From: a virus | Strand: one strand, 5' to 3' | DNA length: 64,000 nucleotides | Virus record (IMG/VR): IMGVR_UViG_3300022562_000354 | Span: 45,945-109,944 of that record | Shown here: piece after piece, positions 8,801 through 18,453 of the stretch | How the letters are laid out: every line of letters begins with the position of its first letter | How positions within the stretch are numbered: the first letter of the stretch is position 1 | The notes under the pieces: model-generated | Told to the model about the DNA's origin: nothing | Seen by the model: only the letters and a program-made list of their open reading frames with translations | Databases searched by the model: none | Position numbers and translations under genes: made by a program

Positions 8801-10390
8801 GTCCCACTGATTTGCGGCTCGCTGCCGCGTTGTGAGGGCGTTGATGCTGAGCGACCACGAGGTACCGACCGGCTGTTGCGCCGGAATGACGACCGGGGCC
8901 GTGAACGGGGTGCAGAGGATCTCCACCTTCTGCTGGACCGCTGCATCGGAGAAGACCATGCGGACGTTGTCGGGGGTATCGAGCCCCGTAACACCCAACC
9001 CGGCCGCCGAACTGCTGATCTTGTCCTCGTAGAAGACGATCGGACCTTGGGGGCCGACACCTGAACGCTTCCAGTTGGACCTGAGCTGCCCCTTGAGGAG
9101 CTTGTCCAGGTTCGCCGACAGGAGCGTCTGGTAGTCGAAACCAGCCGGGTTGACGATGTGCCGCAGGTCGAGAACGTCCGTGGCAGCGATCTGATCCGAG
9201 AAGAGCCCATCCGGACGGCCGGAGAGGATCTTGATGGTCGAGCCAGCCGCGTGAGCCTCGGCGATCGAGCCGTTTACCCCTCGTACGAGGCCCTGAACGG
9301 CGGTCCCGCTGATCGACGAGTACGTCATGTACTCGTCGTTGATCTGAATCAGGACCGGCGAGGCAGGAGCCAAGGGGAGGGCGATGTTGTCCGCTGAGAT
9401 GAGAGCGAGGGCGGTCGAGCTTTCCGTGATGGAATTTAGAAGGGTCGGGACCGTACTGAAGGTCTTGATCCCCGTCCTATCCGTCGCCGTTGGGTTACGG
9501 TTGAACGACCCGTTGAGATTCTGGCTGGGGTCACCGGCCCAAACGACCGAGTTGCGACGGAACACGACGCAAAGGGGGATGGCGTACGAGTAACCATCCA
9601 CGGTCCCAAGGTCGTTCGCCGTACCGTCACCAGCTCGCCAGAGACCGGGATCCCCCAATTCCTGACGCATGTTCGTGAACGTGTACGAGGTCGTAGCCGT
9701 AGCCGCCCCTTGAGCCTTCACGATCGTCGGGTCGAACCCGCTCGGGTACGTGGCAAGACCGATGAGGCCCTTCACGACTCGGATGCGATACTGGATCTGA
9801 ACGCGCTGCGTCGTTTCGACCCCGATGGCCGGGTCTTGGATGTCGTCCGCGAGGAAGCTGAAACCACCCTCGACGTTGCCGTAGCGGTAGATGCCAGATG
9901 AGCTGGGCTTGTTGAGGCTGGAAGGCCCCGGTGGGATCCTCGCCTGCCAGACTTCGAGGAACACGAAGTCCGCTCGGAAGTCACCGCTGTTCGACGGGGG
10001 TGGGTCGAGTGCGATCTTGTTCCACGTGTCCGCGTTGTTTGGAGAGCCCGGAGGGGTGCCGGTCTTGGTGCCGGACACGGGGATGAGCCACCCGTTGACG
10101 TTGGCCCACATGATCGAACGGGTCTCACCCGTTCGTTGACGACCGAACTGGAACCAGTTTGACCAGATCGGGTTCGTGAGGAAGTCCTTGGACGGGTTGG
10201 TCTCGTTGCCGAGAAAGCCAGAAGGGCTCCCTCGGAGCACGAGCTGCTGGCGCCAGTCCTGCGAGAGCTGCTGTAGAAGGTTCAGCTCGCTGTCGAGCGG
10301 GGGCTTTCCTTGTTGCCACAAAACAAGCGAAAAGTTCGCTTGCTTCGGGTCCAAGACCCGCGAAACCCCCGTGCCGAAGTTATCACCCAT
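5825..10390 (-). CDS. Baseplate/tail-fibre-associated structural protein (DUF4815/DUF6519-like N-terminus)
   Basis: FSLVLWQQGKPPLDSELNLLQ N-terminal motif. Paralog of 20627..23266. Carries two TFTD..A.F...G modules. Confidence 0.7.
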   Translation of the reverse strand: MGDNFGTGVSRVLDPKQANFSLVLWQQGKPPLDSELNLLQQLSQDWRQQLVLRGSPSGFLGNETNPSKDFLTNPIWSNWFQFGRQRTGETRSIMWANVNGWLIPVSGTKTGTPPGSPNNADTWNKIALDPPPSNSGDFRADFVFLEVWQARIPPGPSSLNKPSSSGIYRYGNVEGGFSFLADDIQDPAIGVETTQRVQIQYRIRVVKGLIGLATYPSGFDPTIVKAQGAATATTSYTFTNMRQELGDPGLWRAGDGTANDLGTVDGYSYAIPLCVVFRRNSVVWAGDPSQNLNGSFNRNPTATDRTGIKTFSTVPTLLNSITESSTALALISADNIALPLAPASPVLIQINDEYMTYSSISGTAVQGLVRGVNGSIAEAHAAGSTIKILSGRPDGLFSDQIAATDVLDLRHIVNPAGFDYQTLLSANLDKLLKGQLRSNWKRSGVGPQGPIVFYEDKISSSAAGLGVTGLDTPDNVRMVFSDAAVQQKVEILCTPFTAPVVIPAQQPVGTSWSLSINALTTRQRAANQWDTELADGDGLGDRIKVTVSQFKNTVPGADADQVRFLNEVPAESANGISDGSTTFTDSTVDFLVPGVEPGDTLVIFTGAAKGDYRVESVTDANALVVDRVVPATTSTYVIRKGRGAIEIRIDGYEEPLPPHRYSITPSNPDAVDDVVIEFKGAGVPFPFAQTLYITAHLQYGPGRGLSRRPDSIHNITLFNPNSDLLIQPSAVPSTNFPMRTGWALLWSKFRNETFKGLLPVTAEAYADLGSKTVIVTPFRRIAYPATPTGIRTQDGSNTNRYTSSFATGTTGSSVGSTTFTDGAASFIAAGIVEDDLLYIPSGVAQGHYRVVSFTGTTIDVDRPIPTDTNITYSVYHTQGLMPLKKLDGTTAKWGTVDPLGLFSGSGDSDAERKNFYVTLPRHLVPGWGAVHAPILPENGTVFHRGLNFMLQSREGLNTSVTDSDHCKQYINYTSNVPLSYASMSTGNFSGLTIVPATYNSTFSFGGITHAGARFFTDSRGLGRQGLELPPFYGIARLFAVYEASDYKANGSGVNASTRESLGVGAVNLLRQNFKGPTFWIEIDDDGDSTFIINADALDLSKSPVPIPTFSSKHYVIEASLFGFDRGSFDLNKPFRLILSRDRTQANTGVRATNTNVAIFGPVSILPGPMSASDTALINYSRTPYMGDPWGSQSTYLDLGYSPGPFQTTTAYQLASAQLDEASLTRPNQKALEILASVGFITTLGTGRLSGDVVPANAYDIRNVGFEDQGAYPPVTGIDPRPRILMGALTGATASEVNPEYLGCSERLPIGGFWKDKDFRGGFFTNVSKASLTYLDKVGAGFGTTSLAKTKLLEQEEINLLPASLSSGQAGEVMVQVDGESGNYTLLTNFRTFRGGSAFTASGDRPGGEVFTVYDNLDVINPSSRVIVGRAFLVRNSVTNVGGNEASAGDELMMAIVTTTHTLEPNVPRSSSLYIGTNGTGEGVSAAELYRIEGHPLVMNHVKYEVDPATITLSNKLPPGSL

Positions 10391-10426
10391 TGGCGCTCAT
10401 CTCCATCTCGTCTAGCCCTTGGGGTC

Positions 10427-10440
10427 TATCAAAAGAACCG
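10427..10440 (-). promoter_or_regulatory. Putative late promoter, CGGTTCTTTTGATA
   Basis: Intergenic and resembles the motifs at 5499 and 24016. Confidence 0.45.
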
Positions 10441-10444
10441 GGGT

Positions 10445-11128
10445 TCAGAAGAGGACCGCCCACGAGCCGATTAGGACCCGGTCAGGTACACCGCCTCCGT
10501 GAGCGGTCAGCCGTGTGAACCTCAAAACAACGCTGGTTCCACGACTGGGGATGGGAACCGAGATGAGAGCCTTGTCGGTGGTGGCGACGAAAGAGCTACC
10601 TCCGTTGAAACTGACCTCGACGGAAACATCAACGTCGGGGGTCAGCTCCTTGTAGGAACGAACGTAGGCGGAGTCCTTGTCATCCGTATCGACGTACGTG
10701 AAAAGCTCGTACGTCAGGAGAGCCTGCGCAGGCCCCGGAGGGGCTCCGCCCCAGATGATCGCCTCGGGCGTCGTGGTGAGCATGGGGGTATGAGGGGTTG
10801 GGTTCGAGAGGCTCGTGTGATAGAGCCCGATGGTCCCCTTGTCCCCAAGCGTGACGCCCGTGGTGAGAAGCTCGCTTGTATTGTCGACCCCGGTGGCGTC
10901 CAACATCGTATCGTAGACGACCTGCGTGAACGACCCGTACGTCCCAAGTATGCCTTGGTACTTCTTGGTGAGAAGGTTCGCGAGGCTCGTCGGGTTCTTG
11001 ACGGACACGTCGTCGGGGATCCGAACAACGTAGTTGCCGGTGATGTCCGTCTGAGGGTTGACTCCCGTGGCGGCAACAACGCCGTTGATCTGGTCGTCGA
11101 AGTGACTGATGAGGTAGTGGGTCGACAT
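10445..11128 (-). CDS. Beta-rich virion structural protein
   Basis: VEVSFNGGSSF motif. Lies between two tail genes with tight spacing. Confidence 0.6.
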   Translation of the reverse strand: MSTHYLISHFDDQINGVVAATGVNPQTDITGNYVVRIPDDVSVKNPTSLANLLTKKYQGILGTYGSFTQVVYDTMLDATGVDNTSELLTTGVTLGDKGTIGLYHTSLSNPTPHTPMLTTTPEAIIWGGAPPGPAQALLTYELFTYVDTDDKDSAYVRSYKELTPDVDVSVEVSFNGGSSFVATTDKALISVPIPSRGTSVVLRFTRLTAHGGGVPDRVLIGSWAVLF

Positions 11129-11131
11129 AGC

Positions 11132-14100
11132 TCACTTCCTCTGGTTGGAGCTAGGTAGGATGTTTCGTTCTTGAGAGCCGTTTGGATTGAGCTTCCAACC
11201 GTACTTACCAAGTGCGGTCGAACGAACGTTCGTGAGCGTCAAGGTGTCTACCTTCCCAGCGGGGGTCGAGAGTTGGACCCCGACCTTCGGACGACGGATG
11301 TACCGGATGGCGGTTGCCGAGTCAGCCGTCACCTCCCCGATCTCAACACCCCCGCTCTTGTGAACCTGGCGTGCGAGGTTGATGTAGCACTCGGAGATGT
11401 CAGCAACACCGGAGAACCAGACGTTGTCGATCGACACCCCATCGGCGTCCAGAACCTCTACGGCAGGGAGTCCTGAAGAGAACGTGAGCAAGAAGGTGTC
11501 CTCGCGAGGAAGGATCCACTTCTTGAAGTCTGCTTGGTTCGAGATGAAGCCAGCAACATCGCTGACCTCCGTAGAGTCAACATCCGTGAACGACTGATTG
11601 CCGCTCCGCGACAAGACGTTCCACCAGTAATACGTTTGCGGTCTGACAATCGTGTAGCTCTCGAACGTGACCGCCGTACCCGGTGGATCGTAGTAGGGGA
11701 GGTTGATCGAAAGGTGCGTGGCATCGCGCACCTTCTCAACGATCCGGTACATATCCCCCCAAGGACCGCTGAACCAGATGGAGTCCCCCACGGCGACGCT
11801 ATCGGCGATGAAGTCGTCACCGGCAGCAAACATGGACATGTAGTTCGGGTTGGAAAAATCTGCCGTACCAGAGGTGATAGGTTCCTCCCAGGTGGCGACG
11901 TACCGAAGGCCAGCTATGTAGTCATTGGGAGACCCCGCTCCGTGGGTCATGGTTCGACCAGACCACGCGGTCACGTCGTAGTTCCAGTAGGTGTACGGCG
12001 TGCCGGCGGTGCCGTATTCGTAGTTCTTCACCCAATCGAAGTAACCGCCGACCCAACTGACCGATACCGACCACTTGTTGAGCTTGTCGTTCCAAACGAC
12101 GTGAACACCGAAGCAGTCGGCCCAAATACCTGAACCATACTGCGGACCCGGCCACGTGCCGTTCGTGTTCCCGAGGAAGTGTGGGTTACCGTCGAACCAG
12201 ATGTCTTCCCCGAAGTTATCGTTAGACAAGACCTGGAAGTCTCTCGTAACGTGATAAAAGGTGATGAAATTGTAGTTTGCCGTAACAACGAGGAAGGTGT
12301 CCCCGTTGAAGGCCATCGCGTGGCTGGCTCCCGTCCCTGAGAAGAACAGGGCCACGGGCTCCCGGCACCTCCCCTCGGGCAACGTGAAGGAGGTGATGTA
12401 GAGGTCGTCGAAGTAGCCATCGTGGTAGAGGATGATGTACTCGCCGGTCTTCCAGTCGTACTCCATCGCCACGATGCGGCTGACGTCGAGCGGTTGAGGG
12501 GCTCCGCTGATCCAACCCTTCCAGACGATAGGCTGAGCCATCGTCGCCAGCGCTGTAGCCGGAACGTCAACACCCGCAGGCAGAGGTAGCGACGTCTTGA
12601 TGGAGGGGTTCAGAACTCCCCCAGAGGGACCTCCGATGGCTTGGTGACCAGCCGGCAACCCTCCGCTTTGGATGTGTCCGTACGCATCGATCGGACCCCC
12701 TTGGAGGTCCGTGGACAGGTATACCGTTCGGGTTCTCGGATTGAAGCTAACGATACCGTAGGTACCAACGTTGAGGTTGGTACCCGTATCCTTCGTGATA
12801 ACGAGAAGGTCCCCTGGTAGGGGGAGGGCGATGTTAACGTTGTCGAGAACGAGGGAGCTGTTGTTAATAACCCCCAAGCGCAGCTCGGAGCTGTCACCCA
12901 TGTTCTTGATGACGTTATCCGCTCCGATCGCCTTGATTTGTTGCTTGTGACCAAAACCCTCCTCGGGTACACACACGCACTTCGGGATGTTCCGACGCGT
13001 GGCCGTGGAGAGCCCCCCGTCCTCCAAGTTGTCCATATGGGCGAAGGTGATCACAAATTGGTGACCATCCCAAACTACCTTCGGTGAGCTAAACACCGAC
13101 TGGTCAGCGTAGGACGCATTGATCGCGTCAACGTCGATGGTGTGCGCTGGCACACCCATCCCCTTCACGGGATACAGGTCAGATGCGAACGTGGTGTCTG
13201 ACGGAGGATTGGCTGCAACTGGGAAGAGGCTGTAGCCGATCATGGACCCACCAGCCGCTACCTGATAGTTGGTATGGTTGGTGTTCATCAGACCCATCGT
13301 CCAAACAACACAGAAGACCTTACCGCTGAAGGCCACGTCAATCAGGATCATCTGACGAGCCTCTCCATCCCCAGACATGCTGTGGAGGATGGACGAGGCG
13401 ACAACGCGAGGAGCGTTCGGCCTTGAAACCATAACGGCGGGAGTGGTGTTACCCTCAACCACGTTGATTCCAGTCAGCTCGTTCGGGATCCAATCCGTGC
13501 CTTCGCTTCCGGGGAAGCGAACCATGGAGACGACCCCACGGACCTTCGGTTGAACCTCAACGTTGTTTGCACCGATCCACGGAGTAGCGCCCGCGTGATC
13601 AGGGTCATGGGCGCATTGGATCACGTGGTGAGCGTAGAATGCGACGAAGTCCTTACCATCCCAAATGACCCGTGGTGCATGCGCTTGGGCCGGGATGATG
13701 TAGTTTCGGTCTATGTTGTAACCCCATTGGTTCTGCGCGGGTTCTGTAGAAGGCGGGCCGGGGATGATCGGACCACGGATCCGAAGGGCGTCCGAACCAA
13801 GAGCGTTCGTGTAGACACCGTTTACCCCACCTCGGTACGAGGACTCCTCGTATGGGTTCGCCCTGGCGTAGCCAACGACCCCGGCTGTGTCATTGAACCC
13901 ATCGAAGTTGATGTGAGCGAAGAAGTTGCGGAACCCGTCCGTAGCGAAGAAGGGGTTGCCTCCAGTGAGCCAACCGTGCCTCGTAAAGATGTGGTTTCGA
14001 GCTTCCAGCCGGAACTTCTGCTGTTGGGCGCCTCGGATCGCCATGTCCTTGAGGCCGCTACCCCAAGGACCAAAACTCTGACGGTAGAAGCACGTGAGGT

Positions 14101-17100
14101 TGTTGAGCGTGTTGAAGGGGGCGTTCACGCTTCCCGTCAGAACACGATCCACGAAGCCGTAGAAGTTGTCGCCCCACGAGATCGCCAGCATGGGGAACTC
14201 GTCCGGTCGAACTTCAGAGCACCCCTTGGGGGATCCGACAGCTACGCCTCGGTAGTGTAGATCGAGGTCAATTCGACTCCCAGGGATGAGGTCGTTCCAA
14301 TTAATTTTGGAGCCGGGTGTGGTGCGATCATCCCCAAAGAGGAGGGTACCGCCCCCGCTCTTGTCGTCGTCACCCCACATACCCGCTCGATAGATGACTT
14401 CCGAGCTTCGATAGAATGCGGGGTACGTGTCTGGGGCGATGACGGCAACGTCTCGGGGCTCCTCCGCAAACGTCCAGAAGTTGGTGGAAACGGTGACTTC
14501 ACCGTCTGGGTTGACACGGTAACCGGGGTTCTTGATCCCGCCCTTCGTCACGTTGTAGGACTGCTCCGGGGTGCCGGAACCGCCCATGACCAACCGCCAC
14601 GTATAGACGTTCCCGATGGTAAGACCGGGAACCGCACCCGAGAGCTGGATGACGTGCTCCGAGTGCGTATTGGACGCATTGGTGACGATCGACGCGTATT
14701 GGTCGACCGCTGGGAAGTAGGCGTACCCTCCGGCAACGGTACCAGGGAGCGGAGTCCCGTCGATCCCATTGTCTTGGAAGGTGGTCCCACCCCAGATCAT
14801 CGTGGGGTCCGAGAGATAGTAGTTACCGCCCGTGAAGATGTACTGCCCCGTGTCCGATTCAATTCGGTTGACGGAGGGGCTCACCACCGTCCAGTCCTGA
14901 CCGGACCACGTGACATCCGGGATGAACGAGCACGGGCGGGTTTCGGACCAAGGGATCGAGTAGAACCTAGCTCCGATCGACATCTCCCAGTTTTCGGCCG
15001 TGGAGACCGTGATGCCGTTGTTGTTGGGGAGCGCCATGACCCGACCACCCAAAGCTCGCTGGGAGGTCGTGGAATCGGACGCAGCACGCGTGTAGAAGTG
15101 GTTGGGGGTTGTTACGAAGTTGGTAGACAGACCCGAGTACCCGGTGTTCTGCCAGCCACCAAGATTGGTGGCTCCCGGACCCTTGATGTAACCCTGCGCT
15201 CCGATCAATACGAAGCAGGTACTCAAGTGCAACCGATGAGCCGACTGGCTGAGGGCAACCCCGCCCGTCTGGTCGATGAGGTTCGTATTGAAACCCCCGT
15301 CCCAGTTCTTGATCGTGTTCTTGGACAAGAACGTGTTTGTGTCGAACGACTGGTACACGAGGATCCAGCCGTCATCCCCCTTCGAGAGCCTCGGGAAGTC
15401 CGGCTCTCGGATATCGTTGAGGTAGACGTTGGCCAAGGTGGTAGCAGGGACCGTCTTGGGAGTTCCTCGTCCTCCAACCGCCGCACGAGGAACTTGGGCA
15501 GTCGCTCCATTGTGCCAGATCGTATAGATCGTTGAACGTGGGATGATGTAGTAGTCGAACGTACCTACCACATTGGAGAGGGTTTCGTTGTTGTCCCATC
15601 GAACGTTCAAGGTGCCTACAGAGACCGCCTGAACGACACCTCGGTACCCACGATCCGCTGCCGTTGGTCCAACGACCAAGACCCGAGATCCAACGGCCAC
15701 ACCCACTGCGGCGAAATCCGGGTAGGCTGGGTCCGTCAACGTGCAGTTCGGGGAGCCGTGAATGTACACTCCGGTCGTACCGTGAATCACGGCATGGCGG
15801 CGAGCGGACCAGCAGAAGAGGAACCCGGATTCCCCATCTTCGGAAACATCCGAGCCTGAAATGACATGCCCACCGCTAAGTCCGAGGTCCCCGCTGTAAG
15901 TCTCGGTACCTGTTGTGGCGTCGAAGATGCGCCACCGGCCGGACATGTTCGTCCCGCCTGGCGTGAACGAATTTGAGGAGGAGATTCCGATCGTGTACAC
16001 ACCCCCCGAAACTTGAGGACTTGACGCAATCGAAGGTTGCGTCGTGAGACCCCCTGGGGCCACGTCGATCGAGTTGGGGAACCGCGTGGCGAACGAGACG
16101 GCTCCTTGGGCGAAGGTGGGGACAACGACATTCCAATGGACCGCAGGGCCGTCCGGAGCAGATCGCTCCTCTACCCATACGACGGCGTACTCGTCCGTGA
16201 AGGGTTGGTGCGAGATACGAGGGTAGTGAGCCGGAGTGTACTCCGCCACATTGGTCAAGGCGCCCGTAGCGTACGTGAACAGATTGGCAGATCCGTCCTT
16301 GACGTTGAGCATGTTAGGGCCGAGGACCGAAGTACCGTCCGGGTTGATCTCGTCGAACCAAATTGAATTGGTATCGAGATCCGCGTAAACAACACCCCAC
16401 ACTCGACGAGTCGGGTTCCAGACGCAATCGAGCCCTTCCAGGTTTCCGGTTGAGCCCCAGTCGCGGTAAGGAGCCGTACACTGCGGCGTGGACCCCTGAA
16501 CGAACGGGGTCTCCACAGCGGCCGGGCTTGCCCCAACTTCGTCCGTGTCGAAGTCGTAGACACCCCAGGACGTGTTCGGCCCGAACTTGAAAACGGTAGG
16601 CCAGTAGAAGTGGTAACCGCTGATGAACTTGGATTCGAGCTGGGTGGCCCGTCCTTCACCTTCCACCATGACGCCGGGGGGCACGTTCACGGTCTTGGCG
16701 ATGAAATACTTACCCTTGCGGAGATGGACCGTACCGTAGCCTTCGATGGCCGACGCGATGAAGGCCGCCCGAAGTGTCTGGGCTTGCTCCGTGGTATCCC
16801 CAACGAAGCCGATGTACTTGGCGGTCGGGTTGTAGTCACCGCCAGGGCTCTGCGCGGGGGTCTCACCGCCGCCGACCGTGATTGCCGTCTTGTCGGCAAT
16901 CACAAGCTCCCTTGCACTGGTTGGGTGGCCTCCACCCAACCCACGACCCTGACGGATCATGGTGGGGGTGACTTGAGGCTCCCCGCTAGAGGTCCCGTCC
17001 TCTTTCAGACGGAAGCCTCGGAAGGGGTTGGAGCTGCCGAAGTAGTCGTGCTTGAAGCCGAACCCGAGCTTGGTTCCGGGATCCCATGACGGCCAGTTGG

Positions 17101-18397
17101 AGCTGTCACCGAGGGCTTCGAGAGCCATCGAATAGGTCTTGTCCGCGTCGAGCGTACCAACCTGACCCATTCGCCAGACATCGTAGACGGGGTCGTAGAG
17201 GATCGCTGCGCCGAGCTTTGTCGCCTCTCCCGTGGTTCGCTGGTCATAGAGCGCTCGAACCGCACCGGCCGGGGTGAGGTCCCCAGCCAAGATGTCTACG
17301 ATCTGAAAGAAGACCGCGTAGAGCTGGAGGCGGCCCGTAGACGGGTTGACCCCTTCGATACCCCCGGTGGGTTTGAAGTCGTCACCGGCTCGGGGGGCGA
17401 CCGAAAGGCGGAGAATCCCGGCCTTGTAGTCGATCGTCATTCGTTGGTCGCCGATATCGATCGTTGAGTCGATGATCGGGTTCAACGTGGCGATCGGAGA
17501 CAACAGGTCCGGGTCGGTTCCCGCAGCGTTGCTCCGGTAGAAAATGGGGCGGTACCCGAGTTGTTCGAGGTTGCCCGCAGGACCCGCTCCTCGAAAGACC
17601 GCATCCGCACGGTCTGCGACCGAGGTAAAGCTGTCGACCTTGTTGATTCGAGGGTGGGCTACGTTTTTGACATGCCCGTAGTAGACATCGTTCGCATTGG
17701 GAACCGTCGCATCGTGCGTGGTGACCCCAGCGAACCAATCGTCGAAGAACAGGAAGCTCTGCTCCTGCCCGAGCGGTCCCGAACCGGGGATCGCGAAAAG
17801 TTGGACAGGCCGTGGCCGAACAACCGTGAACCTGTAGTAGTAGCTATCGACGGTGAGTTGGGTGGTAGGAGACCCGTACGGAGCGTTGATAGACGACAGA
17901 GTCAACGTCGTGGCGGTCGCCGAATCGACAACCGCCGTTGTCCAACGGTTGGAGGCGAACCCAACCGAGGACGCGACGATGAGGAGGATGTCGCCAGGTA
18001 GGACGCTACCGAACCCGGAATTTGCGTCCTCAAAGGTCGTCGCAGTCGCAGCGTAACCAACGAGCCCGGCGCTGTTGTAGATGGTATCGACCCCGTGCCA
18101 ACGAACGGACTCGGCGGTATTGAGGTCATCCCAAACACGGCAAGCGGATGTCCCGACGAACTTCCCAGGGGCGGACGGGGGCACAAGCCCAACCACCTCG
18201 TCGATCGTGATGTGCGGACCAGTATCGTACTGCTCCGCGTTGATCGACCCGACACCAACCACAGATTCAGGGGCGAGCCCCGAATCTCCAACGGTCAGTG
18301 CCTTCCCACCTGCGTAGAAGTCAGACTTCCTGAGCTGCTCCAGCTCCAGGCGGGTGAGGTTCGAGTAGCTGCCGGTTGACGTGAATGTTCCAGCCAT
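11132..18397 (-). CDS. Giant tailspike/receptor-binding protein (pectate-lyase-like beta-helix plus propeller-like repeats)
   Basis: 2421 aa. GTVHLRKGKYFIAKTVNVPPGVMVEGEGRATQL is a typical beta-helix entry. Fourteen P-x-(V/I)-x-W-x-G-x-x-(F/W/Y)-like blade motifs. Confidence 0.7.
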   Translation of the reverse strand: MAGTFTSTGSYSNLTRLELEQLRKSDFYAGGKALTVGDSGLAPESVVGVGSINAEQYDTGPHITIDEVVGLVPPSAPGKFVGTSACRVWDDLNTAESVRWHGVDTIYNSAGLVGYAATATTFEDANSGFGSVLPGDILLIVASSVGFASNRWTTAVVDSATATTLTLSSINAPYGSPTTQLTVDSYYYRFTVVRPRPVQLFAIPGSGPLGQEQSFLFFDDWFAGVTTHDATVPNANDVYYGHVKNVAHPRINKVDSFTSVADRADAVFRGAGPAGNLEQLGYRPIFYRSNAAGTDPDLLSPIATLNPIIDSTIDIGDQRMTIDYKAGILRLSVAPRAGDDFKPTGGIEGVNPSTGRLQLYAVFFQIVDILAGDLTPAGAVRALYDQRTTGEATKLGAAILYDPVYDVWRMGQVGTLDADKTYSMALEALGDSSNWPSWDPGTKLGFGFKHDYFGSSNPFRGFRLKEDGTSSGEPQVTPTMIRQGRGLGGGHPTSARELVIADKTAITVGGGETPAQSPGGDYNPTAKYIGFVGDTTEQAQTLRAAFIASAIEGYGTVHLRKGKYFIAKTVNVPPGVMVEGEGRATQLESKFISGYHFYWPTVFKFGPNTSWGVYDFDTDEVGASPAAVETPFVQGSTPQCTAPYRDWGSTGNLEGLDCVWNPTRRVWGVVYADLDTNSIWFDEINPDGTSVLGPNMLNVKDGSANLFTYATGALTNVAEYTPAHYPRISHQPFTDEYAVVWVEERSAPDGPAVHWNVVVPTFAQGAVSFATRFPNSIDVAPGGLTTQPSIASSPQVSGGVYTIGISSSNSFTPGGTNMSGRWRIFDATTGTETYSGDLGLSGGHVISGSDVSEDGESGFLFCWSARRHAVIHGTTGVYIHGSPNCTLTDPAYPDFAAVGVAVGSRVLVVGPTAADRGYRGVVQAVSVGTLNVRWDNNETLSNVVGTFDYYIIPRSTIYTIWHNGATAQVPRAAVGGRGTPKTVPATTLANVYLNDIREPDFPRLSKGDDGWILVYQSFDTNTFLSKNTIKNWDGGFNTNLIDQTGGVALSQSAHRLHLSTCFVLIGAQGYIKGPGATNLGGWQNTGYSGLSTNFVTTPNHFYTRAASDSTTSQRALGGRVMALPNNNGITVSTAENWEMSIGARFYSIPWSETRPCSFIPDVTWSGQDWTVVSPSVNRIESDTGQYIFTGGNYYLSDPTMIWGGTTFQDNGIDGTPLPGTVAGGYAYFPAVDQYASIVTNASNTHSEHVIQLSGAVPGLTIGNVYTWRLVMGGSGTPEQSYNVTKGGIKNPGYRVNPDGEVTVSTNFWTFAEEPRDVAVIAPDTYPAFYRSSEVIYRAGMWGDDDKSGGGTLLFGDDRTTPGSKINWNDLIPGSRIDLDLHYRGVAVGSPKGCSEVRPDEFPMLAISWGDNFYGFVDRVLTGSVNAPFNTLNNLTCFYRQSFGPWGSGLKDMAIRGAQQQKFRLEARNHIFTRHGWLTGGNPFFATDGFRNFFAHINFDGFNDTAGVVGYARANPYEESSYRGGVNGVYTNALGSDALRIRGPIIPGPPSTEPAQNQWGYNIDRNYIIPAQAHAPRVIWDGKDFVAFYAHHVIQCAHDPDHAGATPWIGANNVEVQPKVRGVVSMVRFPGSEGTDWIPNELTGINVVEGNTTPAVMVSRPNAPRVVASSILHSMSGDGEARQMILIDVAFSGKVFCVVWTMGLMNTNHTNYQVAAGGSMIGYSLFPVAANPPSDTTFASDLYPVKGMGVPAHTIDVDAINASYADQSVFSSPKVVWDGHQFVITFAHMDNLEDGGLSTATRRNIPKCVCVPEEGFGHKQQIKAIGADNVIKNMGDSSELRLGVINNSSLVLDNVNIALPLPGDLLVITKDTGTNLNVGTYGIVSFNPRTRTVYLSTDLQGGPIDAYGHIQSGGLPAGHQAIGGPSGGVLNPSIKTSLPLPAGVDVPATALATMAQPIVWKGWISGAPQPLDVSRIVAMEYDWKTGEYIILYHDGYFDDLYITSFTLPEGRCREPVALFFSGTGASHAMAFNGDTFLVVTANYNFITFYHVTRDFQVLSNDNFGEDIWFDGNPHFLGNTNGTWPGPQYGSGIWADCFGVHVVWNDKLNKWSVSVSWVGGYFDWVKNYEYGTAGTPYTYWNYDVTAWSGRTMTHGAGSPNDYIAGLRYVATWEEPITSGTADFSNPNYMSMFAAGDDFIADSVAVGDSIWFSGPWGDMYRIVEKVRDATHLSINLPYYDPPGTAVTFESYTIVRPQTYYWWNVLSRSGNQSFTDVDSTEVSDVAGFISNQADFKKWILPREDTFLLTFSSGLPAVEVLDADGVSIDNVWFSGVADISECYINLARQVHKSGGVEIGEVTADSATAIRYIRRPKVGVQLSTPAGKVDTLTLTNVRSTALGKYGWKLNPNGSQERNILPSSNQRK

Positions 18398-18421
18398 AGG
18401 TTCCCTGCGCTAGTCCAACAG

Positions 18422-18435
18422 CATAAAAGGGTTCG
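18422..18435 (-). promoter_or_regulatory. Putative late promoter, CGAACCCTTTTATG
   Basis: Intergenic, about 25 nt before the ATG at 18397. Similar to 38350..38363. Confidence 0.4.
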
Positions 18436-18453
18436 TCTCGATCAGAGGCATCG

